From contig MU004236.1 in NCBI GenBank assembly GCA_010405405.1, positions 1,184,070 through 1,248,069 on the forward strand: 64,000 nucleotides of DNA, in the 5' to 3' direction. Each line of letters begins with the position of its first letter. Within the stretch, counting starts at the first letter, position 1. The notes under the pieces were generated by a model. The model had not been told where the DNA came from. It worked only from the letters and a program-made list of their open reading frames with translations, and did not search any database. This DNA comes from Microthyrium microscopicum. Lineage: Eukaryota. Of this stretch, positions 14,017-26,671 are shown piece after piece. Both the position numbers and the translations under genes were made by a program.

Positions 14017-15635
14017 ATGTCGGCAGACGCGATCAGCCAGGCCAAGGAGGCCATGAGATCCAACAACTACAGGGCTCTCAAGCAAAAATTCGTAGCAGAT
14101 CTCAATGGTGGTTCACTCGGAGAAATCAACGCAGTCACATTCGCTTTGACGGTAAGGATGAATTTGACAATATTGGAATCAAACTCAGAATGCTAATGTT
14201 TCTTTAGACTGCAATAATAGCGTGGTCTGCGCTACAGGCAAAACAACGCTTCTTCACGCCATATACGCCATCAGCATTCGTCGCCGATTGGCTTATCAAT
14301 TGCGGAGCGGTACTTTTTGCTATCACAGTCTATTCGAAAAATCCACTACTTCTCAACGGACTTGTTCTTTTACCGGCGTTTGTGGCGCTGCTGTCACCAA
14401 CTTCACCCTCTCCAAGCAGTGGCAGCAAAAGACCAAAGCCAGCATCTGTCAAAAGCGTGGATACTAAAGGTCAAGATGCAGTTCAAGAACTGCTCCCAGT
14501 CAAGCCATTCGTTACCATGTATCGAGGCTCGATGATGGTCATCACCTGCGCTGCGATTCTGGCCGTCGACTTCAAGATCTTTCCCCGCCGATTCGCCAAA
14601 GTCGAAAATTGGGGCACTTCACTCATGGACCTTGGTGTTGGATCCTTCGTCTTCTCTTCAGGGGTCGTTTCTGCGCGCAGCGTACTCAAATCTCAAGGGA
14701 AGCCGGCTTCACTGTTTAATCGACTGAAAGTTGCATTTCGTCATTCTTTCACTTTGTTGGTGCTCGGTGTTATCCGCCTCATCAGCGTCAAGGGCGTCAA
14801 ATATGCAGAGCATGTGAGCGAGTATGGTGTCCATTGGAACTTTTTCTTCACCCTCGGTCTTCTGCCTCCTTTTGTCGCTCTATTCCAGTCGGCATTTGCG
14901 CTGATACCATCATATCCAGTCCTCGCTCTTCTCGTGGGCGCGACTTATGAAACTCTGTTACACTTCACAAGCTTGACGGCCTATATCATTGGTGCACCAC
15001 GCGAGAATCTTATTTCCATGAACCGCGAGGGTATTTGCAGTTTTGTTGGCTATCTGGCTATCTTCCTTGCCGGTCAAGGCGCAGGCATGATCGTGCTGCC
15101 TCGCGAAACGGCTTTGTTAGAGCACAAATCAGCCGAGAAAGGCATCATATCCAGGATATTTGCATCTCGCCATACACCTATCGGCAAACTTGTCATTTGC
15201 ACCATCTCCTACCTTTCACTGTTCCTATTAACCACCACATACGAAGGGCTCAACTTGCGAGTTTCTCGGCGTATCGCAAACCTACCATACGTGCTCTGGA
15301 TCGCCGCATATAACAGTGGCCATCTCATTCTTCTCATGCTGTCCGAGAAGTTTTTCTTTCCAAATGTCTACAGCAGCACGCCTATCACAGAAGCTTCGCT
15401 GGCAGACGAAAGAAATAAAACAAAACACGCTACAAGTCGAGTCTTGCATGCGTTCAATCGCAATGGATTAGCAATATTTCTGCTAGCAAATCTGCTCACT
15501 GGTGCAGTGAATTTATCATTCCGCACAATTGAGATGGACACGGTTCGAAGTATGGCAATACTAGTATCTTACATGGCACTGCTAGGGGGCATAGCCGTTG
15601 GTCTGGATTTGCGGAATATTAACGTTAAAATCTAG
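14017..15635 (+). CDS. GWT1: GPI inositol acyltransferase
   Basis: AILAVDFKIFPRRFAKVENWGTSLMDLGVGSFVFS and EHVSEYGVHWNFFFTL. Exon 1 starts at ATG 14017; intron about 14152-14207. Confidence 0.97.
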
Positions 15636-15716
15636 ATTCTAGTACGAATCACATAGCATTCGCACTCTTCAAGAGCTTGTTCTATTCAAAGTGGTGTTTT
15701 TTTCTCCCATCCCATT

Positions 15717-17721
15717 TCACTCTTCTTCCAAATGGTCGACCTGCTTCTTTTCCAAGACAGTATCATCCTCATTTCCAAGAGTGGCTGCCACCTTGCCAGT
15801 CATATGTTTCTCCGTATTAGGCGCAAAGAACGTCAACGCCAACCCCAGCACCGAAAACGCAATAGTCGACAGATAGACTGTCCGATACGCACCAGCATTA
15901 GCCTCCTTGTACGCAATCGAGCCTGCTGCAAGAATAGTTGAGTTGATGCCAGGCACCATGTCAAAGGCCGCGGGCGTGCCTACACCCAATGCAGTGATAA
16001 ACCCAGTGACAGATGTCGCTGGCAGTCCAGCACTCGTCAGCGCGGCGGGAACCATTGAAGCGACGTTGGAAGTTAGCTTGTTGGTCAAGATCGATACGTA
16101 GATGGCGATGATGACGGATGTGATGCCAGAGCGCATGGAGCCTGCTAGACCGCCGGCGATGCCGATGTAGCGCTGGTCGTGCACTACGATGGTCGAATTG
16201 GCGAGGCAGATGGTTTCGTTCCAGCCGATGAAGAAGCAGCCCATAAAGATGAGGGCTATGGCGGTTTTGAAGTTGTACGGGTTCGATACCGCCGCGCCTG
16301 AGAAGGAATGTTAATAGGTTTCTAGGACGAATTTAGAGTACTGAGGATTACGTACAACCTAGGAAGGTGCCTCCAATGAGGAACATGGCGGAGCATTGAA
16401 ATCTGGTTTTACCGATCTTGTTGGCGAGCATGCCGCCTACGAATTGACCGGAGATGGTGGACAGACCGTTGATACAGCTGGCTAGGCTATTGGGGTTACT
16501 TAGCATGGCACTGACACGGGATTTCAAGTACTTACCCGACCCATAGGATTCTTCCGTCGCCGTATAGAACTGCCACTTGCATTGGCCAAATAATCGCAAA
16601 TGCGTAGTACTAATATGCTGTCAGAAGTCATGGCGGTCAAGATGCACACACAATGTTTGCTCACCACACCCGCTCCAAGTCCAAGTAGGACACAGGAAGC
16701 GACCCAATGCCCATTCCGGAAGAGATGTACAGGCAGAAGAGGTTCTTTCTGCGGCGCATAAATCTCATAAAGCACAAATACAACAAGGACCGCAAAGCCG
16801 CCCACAATGGAAACAATAACAGCGGCTGACTTCCACGGATATGTCGCGCCGCCCCAAGATAGGCCGAGAAGGAATGCCACAAAGCCACAGGTGAAGAGTG
16901 CTAGGCCAATATAATCAAAGTTTTTGACCCAGTACATCTTCGAGTCGATATCGTTCCTATGCTTCTTGTGAAAACTAGGAGGGAAGTAGAAGAGAATCCA
17001 GCAGATCAAGGCGACGACGTTGCCGGCGAGTAGCAGCCAGTAGATCGCTCTCCAGCCAACACTGGGATATTTAGTGATGAAGCTTGTTGCCATTGCAGGG
17101 CCGAAGCCTGATCCAGGAATGCCGAATAGATACAAGATTGCACCTCCAGTGTAGCGGTACTTCATAGGAACCAGCTCACCCATGACGAAGTGGAAACAGA
17201 GTTGTGTAGCAGTTGAAATACCCAGCAGAACATTGCCTCCTAATACTCAATTAGACGTGATCAACTCAAGTCAAACTCTAAGACTTACCAATCAGCACTG
17301 GAATAGTCTTTGCGGTGGCACAAACGATACATCCGATAACTGCAATCACTCCACCTCCGATGAAGAAATATCTTCGTCCGAAGATATCTGAAAGGCGGCC
17401 GATGGGCGCTAGAGATACAGCAAGAACAACGTTGTAAATAATAGAGATCCATACATACGAAGCGGAAGGACCGATGTCTGCGTTGATATAGCCGATGACT
17501 GGAGCAACCATGCCAAATGTTGATACTGCTGCCCATAATCCCATTCCAGTTGCAAACATAGACCCTAGGAATAGCTTGCTGCGATAGTAGCCTTTGGGTA
17601 GGTCCCCCAGATCGGCTTCAAAGCCAATTATGGTATCCGTATTTGCTGTGATGGAGTGGTGAAGCCCATGCTCCGCAGGCACATCATTGTGACGAGTGAC
17701 GGTCTCCTTCTCTTCCGCCAT
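15717..17721 (-). CDS. MFS efflux transporter, TRI12-like (14-TM) family, multi-exon
   Basis: LPKGYYRSKLFLGS, IGRLSDIFGRRYFFIGG, GELVPMKYR, LSWGGATYPWKSAAVI, AYRTVYLSTIAFS across ORFs 17278-17721, 16524-17183 and 15717-16244. Confidence 0.92.
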
Positions 17722-18298
17722 GTTGTGTGAATCGCAAAGATCAGAATCAAAAAGTATTTAGGATCGCCAGTGAACTAGCAGATGCTGCAACATGTAGTAC
17801 CTCTGATGGTATTTATTCTACATATAGAGTACAGCACAATCTCAGTACCATGCTGTGGGAATTGCATATCCGTCCTGGCTTCTGAGCATTGCAATGTTCA
17901 GGTCACTTCACGCCTGTTTCGTAAGCCTTCTGCAGTAAGAGCACATTGCATCAAGCTAGTCTTGGGTAGTGTCTTTAAAGCATTGGACTTGGTTGCTTTC
18001 GGACTGCCTCCGGGCCCGGCGGGCCGGATAGCGTTTCCCTTGTTCTTTGAAACTCGGCAGCAAGGCCAAATTTAGTCTCCACATGATATGCACTCCACGT
18101 GTACTAAAGTAGTTCCCCATGGGGTAGGCGCAAAGCTAGCGGACAGTTTGTTGTTAGTGGATAGCAGGCGACCTTTTCTCTGGACCCTTGGTCTCTGTGC
18201 TTTGAAGTAGTGTATCGTCAACGCTAGAATCCTTCGCTGTTATGATATTGCAGGGGGTGACCTGATTTGCGTTAACATAATGCCTCAGGACTAGCTTG

Positions 18299-19790
18299 TC
18301 AAGTGTGCCGAATAACCGACCGAAGACTCTCGCGGCCAGATGAAACTGCCATGACTTTCAATCGGACGGAGAAACTTTCCAGAACGGCAGAGGGTTGTAT
18401 ATGGAGAAATCTATACCTGACGGCCTCCTGATATTTGGGAGGTGCTTCTTCATCTCCTCCATGATTAGCCACATCCATCCTGCTCACGTCTGTGGAACTG
18501 CCCGGGAGATTTCTCAGCTGAAAGGCTGCCTGTGATGGTTCAAGCTCATCTGCCGTCAGGTTCGCTTTCATAGCCTCGCGTTTCTTCGCGCTTCGGTTCA
18601 ATAAAACGATGACAAGTGGTATGAGAAGTACCAGTACAATGCCGCCAACTATACCGCCGACCATCTCTTTGACAGCTGCCTCTTGTGCATCCGCGGCGGT
18701 GGCAGTTGAAAGATCGGTGTACGTAGCCCTGGACGTTGGCACACTGTGAAGAGTCAACCTTATTCCCTCAAATAGACACGCATAAACGACGAGTTTGACT
18801 TACGTAGGCAGCTCGATGTTGCTGGCTTTCAAATACTCAGTCACTGCTGCGTCTGACGCCCGCCAACCAACAACAAAACCACTTGCGGTTGCCGTCAAAT
18901 GGGATGTACTATGTCCCATGTCATTGAGTCCAGCTGTAGCCGTGGCATCACTTAGCGCAAGGCTACTTGGCCTCGAATATGGCCATTCGCTGTTGATATA
19001 CCATACGTTGTGAAATGCCGATGCTGTCTGTATACATATTGGGTAATCATACCGAGCAGTGGAAAAGTATGTTGTTGTTGGTACACTCGAGGTCGCGTGA
19101 GCGTAGTCGTAACTACTACTAGTAGTGGTGGATGTGCTCATGATTGAGCTGACAGAAAACCCATCAGGGCAACACATGTAGCGCGACTCCTTAAGATTTG
19201 AAGGCGTTGTTGCTGTAAATGGATACGGCACGACGTAGCTGGCATCCGTGAAGGTTGCTGCATATATGTAACCAGATGGACATATCCCAGGACTGAAGTA
19301 CAGCGCAGTGGTAGTAGCGGCTAGTAGCTTGTTAGTCGATGAGGACACGGACAATGTCTCGACGCAGAATTTTGTTTCTACGCGAAGATACTCCTGTAAG
19401 AATTGTTGGTTTGAATTGGAGGTGTTTGAACAACGCTTCCCTACCAAGTGGAGACTTACCCATTCGATCCGAGTTGCGCACTAGCCATGTTTCTGTGCTT
19501 GCCGAATATATAGTAGGATATGGAATAGGATTAGAACCGTTGGGTGTTACTATGGTCACATGTTGTGTAGTTTGCGTCGTGTATGAGGCTGATGTAATAA
19601 TTGTTCGTCCTTGAACTGACGGAAAGCATTCCCAGTCCGGTCCATACGCAGAGTTCCAGCCGATGAAGAAATGTCCTTGGTATGTGTATCCGAATTGACT
19701 TGTCGTAGACAAGCAGGAAGCCGGTGGTGTCCATAGAGTGGTCAGTGGCCCAGCGGAAATCAAAGAGCTGACTGAAGTCCTGTAACCCAT
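18299..19790 (-). CDS. Ser/Thr-rich single-pass membrane protein of an uncharacterised fungal family; splice structure uncertain
   Basis: GPLTTLWTPPASC, YFSPGICPSGY, CCPDGF, TM segment GGIVGGIVLVLLIPLVIVLL followed by basic residues, and a PPKY motif. The phase at the ~19460 donor does not resolve cleanly. Confidence 0.6.
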
Positions 19791-20671
19791 GACGAATGAT
19801 TGCCCACCTCCTGAGCTGGTATTTTCTCGAGGCGAGTGTGTAGCTGGATCCAATCAAGTAGTATTACTGCCCTTCTAACCTTGAAAGCGGAGCCTCAGCA
19901 TCCCGTAAGGAATAAGAACGGAGAAGGATTTTCAAAGTATTTGCCTGAATGGATTTGATGTGTTAAAGGCAAACAAAGGCTTTCGCTTCTGCGCCGCAGA
20001 ATTTTGTACAGTATTATAGACTTCAACATATCAAATCAAGTCCTACGATTATATTAAATCGACAGGGACATATTGGTTGGGCTGTGCTGAAAAGGATCCA
20101 GGCATCTCAATAGAAGGATTCATTATGCTGGAATTGTCGTATTCGACCTATAGATCTTCTGGGTTTGGCCTACACGTGGGCCAGCATCGTTCAGATGAGG
20201 CCCGAAGGTAAGGTCATCGCACCATCAAATATACTGTTATTGCTTAACTGTACTTTACTCATAGAGTACATGCAGATGAGCTTTCTCTGATCATCTGGAT
20301 GACGTTGTTTGAAAGGCTTCAGCGCGATATACAGAGGCCGACAATACGCAGGCGAAACTTGAGTAGGCACGATATGCAGCATCGTGATAGTAGAAGGGAT
20401 GATATTCATCTCTCTTTGATGAAGTACCTGCAGATGTTCATGATGGTCGCCGGTCGGAGAAGATGAGAAGGCTAGAAGCCTCGATTGAAGTAGAGACACT
20501 ATCGCTCACGTGACAGCGCGCCAAATTGATAAATCGCGTACTTCTGAAGTTCTGATTAGCAGTTCAACATCATCAAGAGTCGAGAATTGAAAAGCACAAC
20601 AAGGGACATCGTTAACAAATCACTGCCCGTCAAAATACTCACTTATATGACGGCCTGAAAGAGCTTGGAAA

Positions 20672-21540
20672 ATGGAGTCCGAAGGCCGCGCCGCAAAACG
20701 ACGAAGGATAGACAAGTCCCTACACAAGCCGTTCAAATCACCTCTCATGCCGACCTCGAACTCTTCGTTAAATAGACCTGGTTCCGCTACAGCGCGCCCA
20801 AGCTCCGCAAAGGCAGATGAAGAGCAGCTGAAGACCCCGAGAAGTGCACCAAAGAGTCAGGAGTCTCATCTTCTCACTCCTTCGTCCGATCCCCAATCAA
20901 AGCCCACTCAAGCAGCAAATGTACCTCAGCGTACCCATCGTCGACCAGTTGCAAGTTCCACCACGAAGAGCAATCGTGCGACTGAATCAGCAGTTGTGTC
21001 AGCTCGTCGCGAAGTGGAGCACCTTCGTCAAGCCCTCAAGATATTGACCTCGACAAAAGACGACGAGCTTGAAGGACTGACTATCAAATGGCGTGGTGCG
21101 GCGCGATTGGCAGCTGAAGAACTTTACTCAGTGGCACGAGATCGAGTCAATCGAATGGGTGGGGTGGAAAGTTTGAGAGACAGAGAGCGGGAGGCTAAGG
21201 AGAGAAAGATCGAGTGGGAGCGGGAGGACAGGCAATTCGAATATGAGAAACGGGTGAAAGAGGTCAAAAAGCTAGTTGAGGAAGGCACACTGGCAGAGGA
21301 AGACCTGAAAAGACTGGAAGAGGACAATATGAACGCCGAAAAGGATCGCGAGGTGGAACAGGAAGAATATTCAAGTGAGAGGGAGGAGCCAGAGAAGGCC
21401 GAGGGGGTATGCTACTTCATTCAGTCTTCCAATCATGACTAATAATTTAGGGGTACACCATGGGCACCTTTCTACGCGGATTGAAGGTCGACCTGGAGCT
21501 CATAGGATATAGCCCATCATTACAAGCCTGGGTTGGATGA
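20672..21540 (+). CDS. SFR1: Swi5-dependent recombination repair protein Sfr1/Mei5/Dds20
   Basis: LHKPFKSPL; KWRGAARLAAEELY...DRVNRMGG. Intron about 21406-21450; last exon GYTMGTFLRGLKVDLELIGY...W*. Confidence 0.88.
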
Positions 21541-22035
21541 CAATGCCAGACCTGCCAACTTGAGCGTACGGAATTAGCCGGAATGCTTCATCAGCAGAAG
21601 AAGAAGCACGGCCACTTCATCTCCCCTTGTGGACAAGCACGCAATGATCCACATGCATTCACGCACGGTATATCATCCACTATGGCACACATAAATTATC
21701 GACGTTTGCCAATGATGAAACGACCAACGAACGACCACAATACGAACAAACATTGGTCGCCTCGAAAGGTTGCAATGTTTCCTATTGTGGAGGTGGATAT
21801 CAAACTAAACAGCAATAGGGCCATACTCCCTATCGGGCCTTGTGGCAATTGTCAGCTGGACCACATATTGTTGAAGTCAGAGCACTCCAAAGCAAAGGCA
21901 AGCCTTTGGAGGAACGATGTATAGCTTTGAGGAGTGTCGCCTCGTTTCGCTTTACATGTCTACTTGATGATTATCAATCAAAGTGGCACATTCGATTATT
22001 CCATTTCAGCTACTAGTATATCCACAAGTTTCGAG

Positions 22036-22390
22036 CTATGCTCTCTCAGTGTTGTTCAATATGCGTTTGACGGTGCTCCGAACGCTCTCCCCTTCCAGCT
22101 GTAACAACTCATTCCATATATCCGACTTACCTTTGAAGTCAGACAATGCAGCGCGACCGAAAGCAACATTTCGAATGATGTCCATAACAGCACTCATCTT
22201 GCCCTTCTTCAAGTCCTCGTTCGCCTGTACTAAGATCTCATCTCCTGAGATCTCCTTTATGGCCCATTTCTCTCCAGTGGCCTCTTCAAATGCGACTTTG
22301 ATCTCCAGCTGAGTGGTCTTGAAAGAAGATATGTAAACATACTTGTTCTTTGCTTCCGCCATGGCAGTCGACGAGCTGAATAGTGCGAAA
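22036..22390 (-). pseudogene. 5'-truncated C-terminal fragment of an NmrA-like/isoflavone-reductase-family gene
   Basis: AKNKYVYISSFKTTQLEIKVAFEEATGEKW...WNELLQLEGESV resembles the NmrA/IFR C-terminus. An in-frame TAA lies about 11 codons upstream of the Met, and no Rossmann GxxGxxG exon is visible before the ankyrin gene. Confidence 0.55.
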
Positions 22391-22706
22391 GTTTATCTCA
22401 CAGTAATAGGCACGGCTCTCTTGTGGATGAAACCCTCAGAATACGACAAACTTATATGCCCAAGTTGATGCGAGGCGCAACACATCCACCTTCACAAGAT
22501 TCCGTGCTCAATCTAAACTTAGCTCAGGAGATGGTCACGTCTAGAAGCGATCTCACTCTGGATCTTATTTTAGAAAATTTAATACAGCGAGCCCAGGGTC
22601 CAGCGCTCGATAGTCATTCGGCCAGAACTTTAATGAAAATCACTATAGCCTTGATTAATCTGCACGAGAGGCTAACTTAGGCAACAAATTTTCACAGAAT
22701 AAGTTC

Positions 22707-23492
22707 ATGATGAGTTCCTCGCGCGAAATTCTGCTCAACGCAGCTGAAACTGGGGATGTGGAGAAGTTACGAGACTTTGGAGCCTCTGAACCAGAAAAAC
22801 TGCAAGCTCTTGGCTTGACGATTGAAGACCTCCTAGCTGCTGCAGCTACAACAAATCAAACCGATGTGGTTCAATTTTGCATCACCTCCGGTGCGAAAAT
22901 CACACCGCAGGTCGAGTCCGCAGCAAGCAGTGGTACAGGCGTCGAAGTTTACGAGATACTATTACCCCTTGGTCTTCCTCAACTGAACGAGTCACTCCGC
23001 ACATCAGGCGGAGTTGTTGTACGGGCCGTCAGTGACGACGACATTGCGCTGCTCACATATCTTCTCGAAAACGGAGCGGATCCAGATGGCGGTGGGAGGT
23101 TTGAGTGGATGCCTGCTATTGCCGTCGCTATTGAAGAGGGAAAAGATCTCGAAATAATAAAGTTACTTGCTAGGTACGGAGCCGATGTCAAAAGAAAGGG
23201 GCTTCTGGCGATGGCAGCGAATGAGGATCGTGTTGACGTTATCGAGTACCTGCTTGAGTCTGGTGCGTCGATCAACGAAGACGTCGGAGACTGCGTCCTG
23301 CTCCCACATGACAAGGGATCAGCGTTGCATGTTGCAGCCGCCGAAGATCACCTCGACGTCGTACGAACTCTGGTGGAGAAGGGGGCGGACGTTGGGCTTA
23401 AAGATTCTGAGGGGAAGTCGGCTTTGGACAAGGCCAAACAAGCTGGCCACTCTGTCATCGTTGATTTTCTAGAACACCATAGAGCGACCTGA
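22707..23492 (+). CDS. Ankyrin-repeat protein, 261 aa, intronless
   Basis: Repeats LLENGADPD, LARYGADV, LLESGASIN and GSALHVAAAEDHLDVVRTLVEKGADV. Confidence 0.92.
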   Translation: MMSSSREILLNAAETGDVEKLRDFGASEPEKLQALGLTIEDLLAAAATTNQTDVVQFCITSGAKITPQVESAASSGTGVEVYEILLPLGLPQLNESLRTSGGVVVRAVSDDDIALLTYLLENGADPDGGGRFEWMPAIAVAIEEGKDLEIIKLLARYGADVKRKGLLAMAANEDRVDVIEYLLESGASINEDVGDCVLLPHDKGSALHVAAAEDHLDVVRTLVEKGADVGLKDSEGKSALDKAKQAGHSVIVDFLEHHRAT

Positions 23493-24252
23493 AGAAAACA
23501 AACAATTGGTCTTACCCTTTCAGCCATTTCTACAGGCTTGTAGTGATACACTACTGCATCTAGAACCCAAAATCTTGCTTTAGTACAGTCGCAAACGAAA
23601 TCCGTGGGGCTTTGAGACCGGTGCTTCACATGCACCAGACTTTGAAATGGATATTGCGGTTGATGTCCTCCAAAAACGTCTTCGACTCAAAAGGATACTT
23701 GTCAAGACCGTCGGTATCCCTCTGTCTATTGCGCTATTTTCGAGGGGATTCTACTCCTGCCATACAACCGACTAGGTTAGTCGGTTTTAGGCCATCATAT
23801 CGGCGGAACTCAGCCTAAATCACGCTTGCTCAAGAGAACGTCTCCGTAGAGAATAGTGCTGAGGAGGGAAGCTCCGAGAAGAAAAATTGTCATTAGAGAA
23901 AAGAGCGTCGAGGAGAGAACTGCTCCGTGAAGAGAAAGTCTTTGTGGACATGGAGAAGGTCTGTGAAGAGAGACAGCGCCGTGAAGCCCTGTACTCTTTT
24001 ACGCAGTTTTACTGGAGGTTACTGTGATATACACTCTTTTAGTACCCGATAAATTCCTATAATTATACATCCCCCTTTTAACTGAAGAGGGAGGATGGAA
24101 GCTCTGCAATTGAAGTTAAGCAGTTGATCAAACGCGGCTCTAATTGTACTAGCGCGCCAAGCTTCTAGGAATAGCTTCAAGACCTCTAGCACTCTCTTGG
24201 GTGCAGTACGTAACCTTTTAGGCAACATTACTGCTCTTTGAACATTTGGACC

Positions 24253-25518
24253 ATGGCCAACAAGCGCATAGAGCAAGCCGAGATCGAGAAATACTGGGAA
24301 GTATTTTCCAACTACTCCGGCGGCAACCAATACATTACCGGCATTCAAGCAGCCCCGGTCTTCAAAAACAGCGGGCTCACCGACAAGCAACTAGAGAGGA
24401 TATGGGATCTTGCAGACGTCGATAATGATGGCAATCTCGATTTCGAAGAGTTTATCGTGGCTATGCGACTGATCTACGATCTAGTAAACGGAGTAAGTCT
24501 ATGTGGATCTCAACACGTTATTGCTTCATGTGTTGGAGCTAATCTCGATATTGAGCACTAGGAATACAGAGACGTCCCTCAAACCCTTCCAGACTGGCTC
24601 GTTCCCGAATCAAAATCACATCTCGTTCAGGCTAATCGAGCTCTGACGGGAAGGCAACCGCAATTCGAATCTGTTGATGACGACGATGATGTCTCAGGCC
24701 TCAAAGATGGATTCGATTGGTACATGTCACCAACCAACAGAACAAAATACGAAGAGATATACACATCTCACCGGTCACCGCACGGTGAAATCTCCTTTAC
24801 TGCACTTCAGCCCCTATACGATTCGCTCGATGTACCAGACACCGACGTCCGATCAGCTTGGAACCTTATAAACCCATCCGCATCTCCCACGATTGGCAAA
24901 GACGCCACCCTTGCCTTTCTACATATTCTTAATAACCGACATGAGGGTTTCCGTATCCCACGAAATGTTCCAGCCTCTTTGCGAGCCTCTTTTGAGAAAA
25001 ACTCCATTGAATACAACATAGATCGTGTACAATCTCCTGCGGATCGATGGGGATCCAAAGGCGATGAGTCTACAAGCACTGGCCGCAAGGCGAAATTTGG
25101 AGAAGCCTACTCCTCAAGACTGGGAAACAGCGGATACAAGACACGAGGTACAGATTTTAGCGGTGTACAAAAAGATGCTGAATGGGAGCACGCACAACTG
25201 AAACGACAACTTCGCGATATGGAAGAAAAGATTGAAAGATCTGAGAAGGAAGTAGGCAAGCGAAAGAATGGCCGGAGGGAGAACAAGTCCGCTCTTGTAA
25301 AGCGAGAGCTTGAGTTGCTGCTGGACTATAAACGTAAAGAACTTCGAGATCTGGAGAACGGGGAGGGTAAATACAGTGGTGGTGCATCTTTGAGTGGCCT
25401 TGCAGAAGATATCGAGACGATCAAAGAGCAGGTTGATGGACTAGAGACACATCTACGGGAAAGAGAAAGAGTACTGGACGATTTGAAGAGACAGATTGCT
25501 GAGGAGAAAGCAAGATGA
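24253..25518 (+). CDS. END3: Actin cytoskeleton-regulatory complex / endocytosis EH-domain protein End3
   Basis: [20 protein letters not shown]-hand [19 protein letters not shown]-terminal coiled coil. Intron about 24493-24561. Confidence 0.97.
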
Positions 25519-26671
25519 TAGAGGGGATGCTATAGGTTGTAGACAATTCGTGCCATAATCCGTGTACGAATTTTGATAAGGCTTTGGTGGTACTTTATAA
25601 TAGCCGAGTCAACTCGATTGAGATTTCTTTACTGATATGGGCTGCGAGCCTACAGCAATCCGATCGATATTCTTGAAGGTTCACAGCTTATGGTTTTGCT
25701 GTAAGACTTTGGCGTAAGAGATGTAAGCGAGATGTGAGCGTCGTAGCGCTGATGATGATACGCTGAATGGTAAAATGTACTGTACAGGGAGACCCATGCC
25801 ATCAACAGCAATCTGACATTGACATGTTGATACCTACAATTTGGGCATTTTAAGATCGCGCACTCGCACTTCACCTTAGAAACTCTGTTACAGAAGCTAA
25901 TCAGATTGAAATATCTAGAATGTAGGATTGTTTTCTACAGTATTGTCCCAAAACATGGTGCACAGTGTACGTTCCCTCTCGACAATTGGATCATTATCAC
26001 ATGCACTTTTGAAGCTCTCACAATTGCAGCAGCTGCCAGCAGGTTACTATACCTGTTGGTGCTAGTGAAGACTGAAGAAATGTACCGGCCGAAAACCCTA
26101 GCACATACCACCCTGTAATTATCAAGACCGGACCTAAAAACCTACTTGTAAGCGCCGCTTATTGGCTACAAGACATCCTGAGGCGACAAGTTGTGATCAG
26201 TCTGTGGTAACATTGCTCTAGAAGTGGATCGTGAATGGCCGAGGCAATATCAAGCAACGTGGTTCAAGTCCGCCACTCAATAATGCAAGTCATTCTCTAT
26301 CCGCTAAACTCAATCTTAACACCCCAAACACTTCGCAATAACATTTATGATTCGACTATCGGCCGTCGGATACATCCAACTTTTGCTGCAGCCTACAGTA
26401 GCTTGATCCGATACCCTGTCACCTACACTTGCCTACGGTATGCCAGCTTCACAGGACACCGAGGCGCAATATTGAAGAGCTCTCTCGTATGAGATATCTT
26501 ACGCATCCTGTCCTTAGTACCTATCGGCAACTTTGTCTGTAACCTTGTGGCGTACTTGTCAACGACCATCAAAACCCATCGAAACCGCCTCCGAGTACTA
26601 CCTAGAGTACATCCTCTCATTCACCAACTACCGTCACCACTCCTCCCTCCCAGCTTGGGAACGCGATTACC

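Noticed and set aside
23830..23990. Purine-rich degenerate repeats (ctccgtgaagag-like)
   Set aside because: Irregular period, no ORF and no termini; I cannot assign a function.
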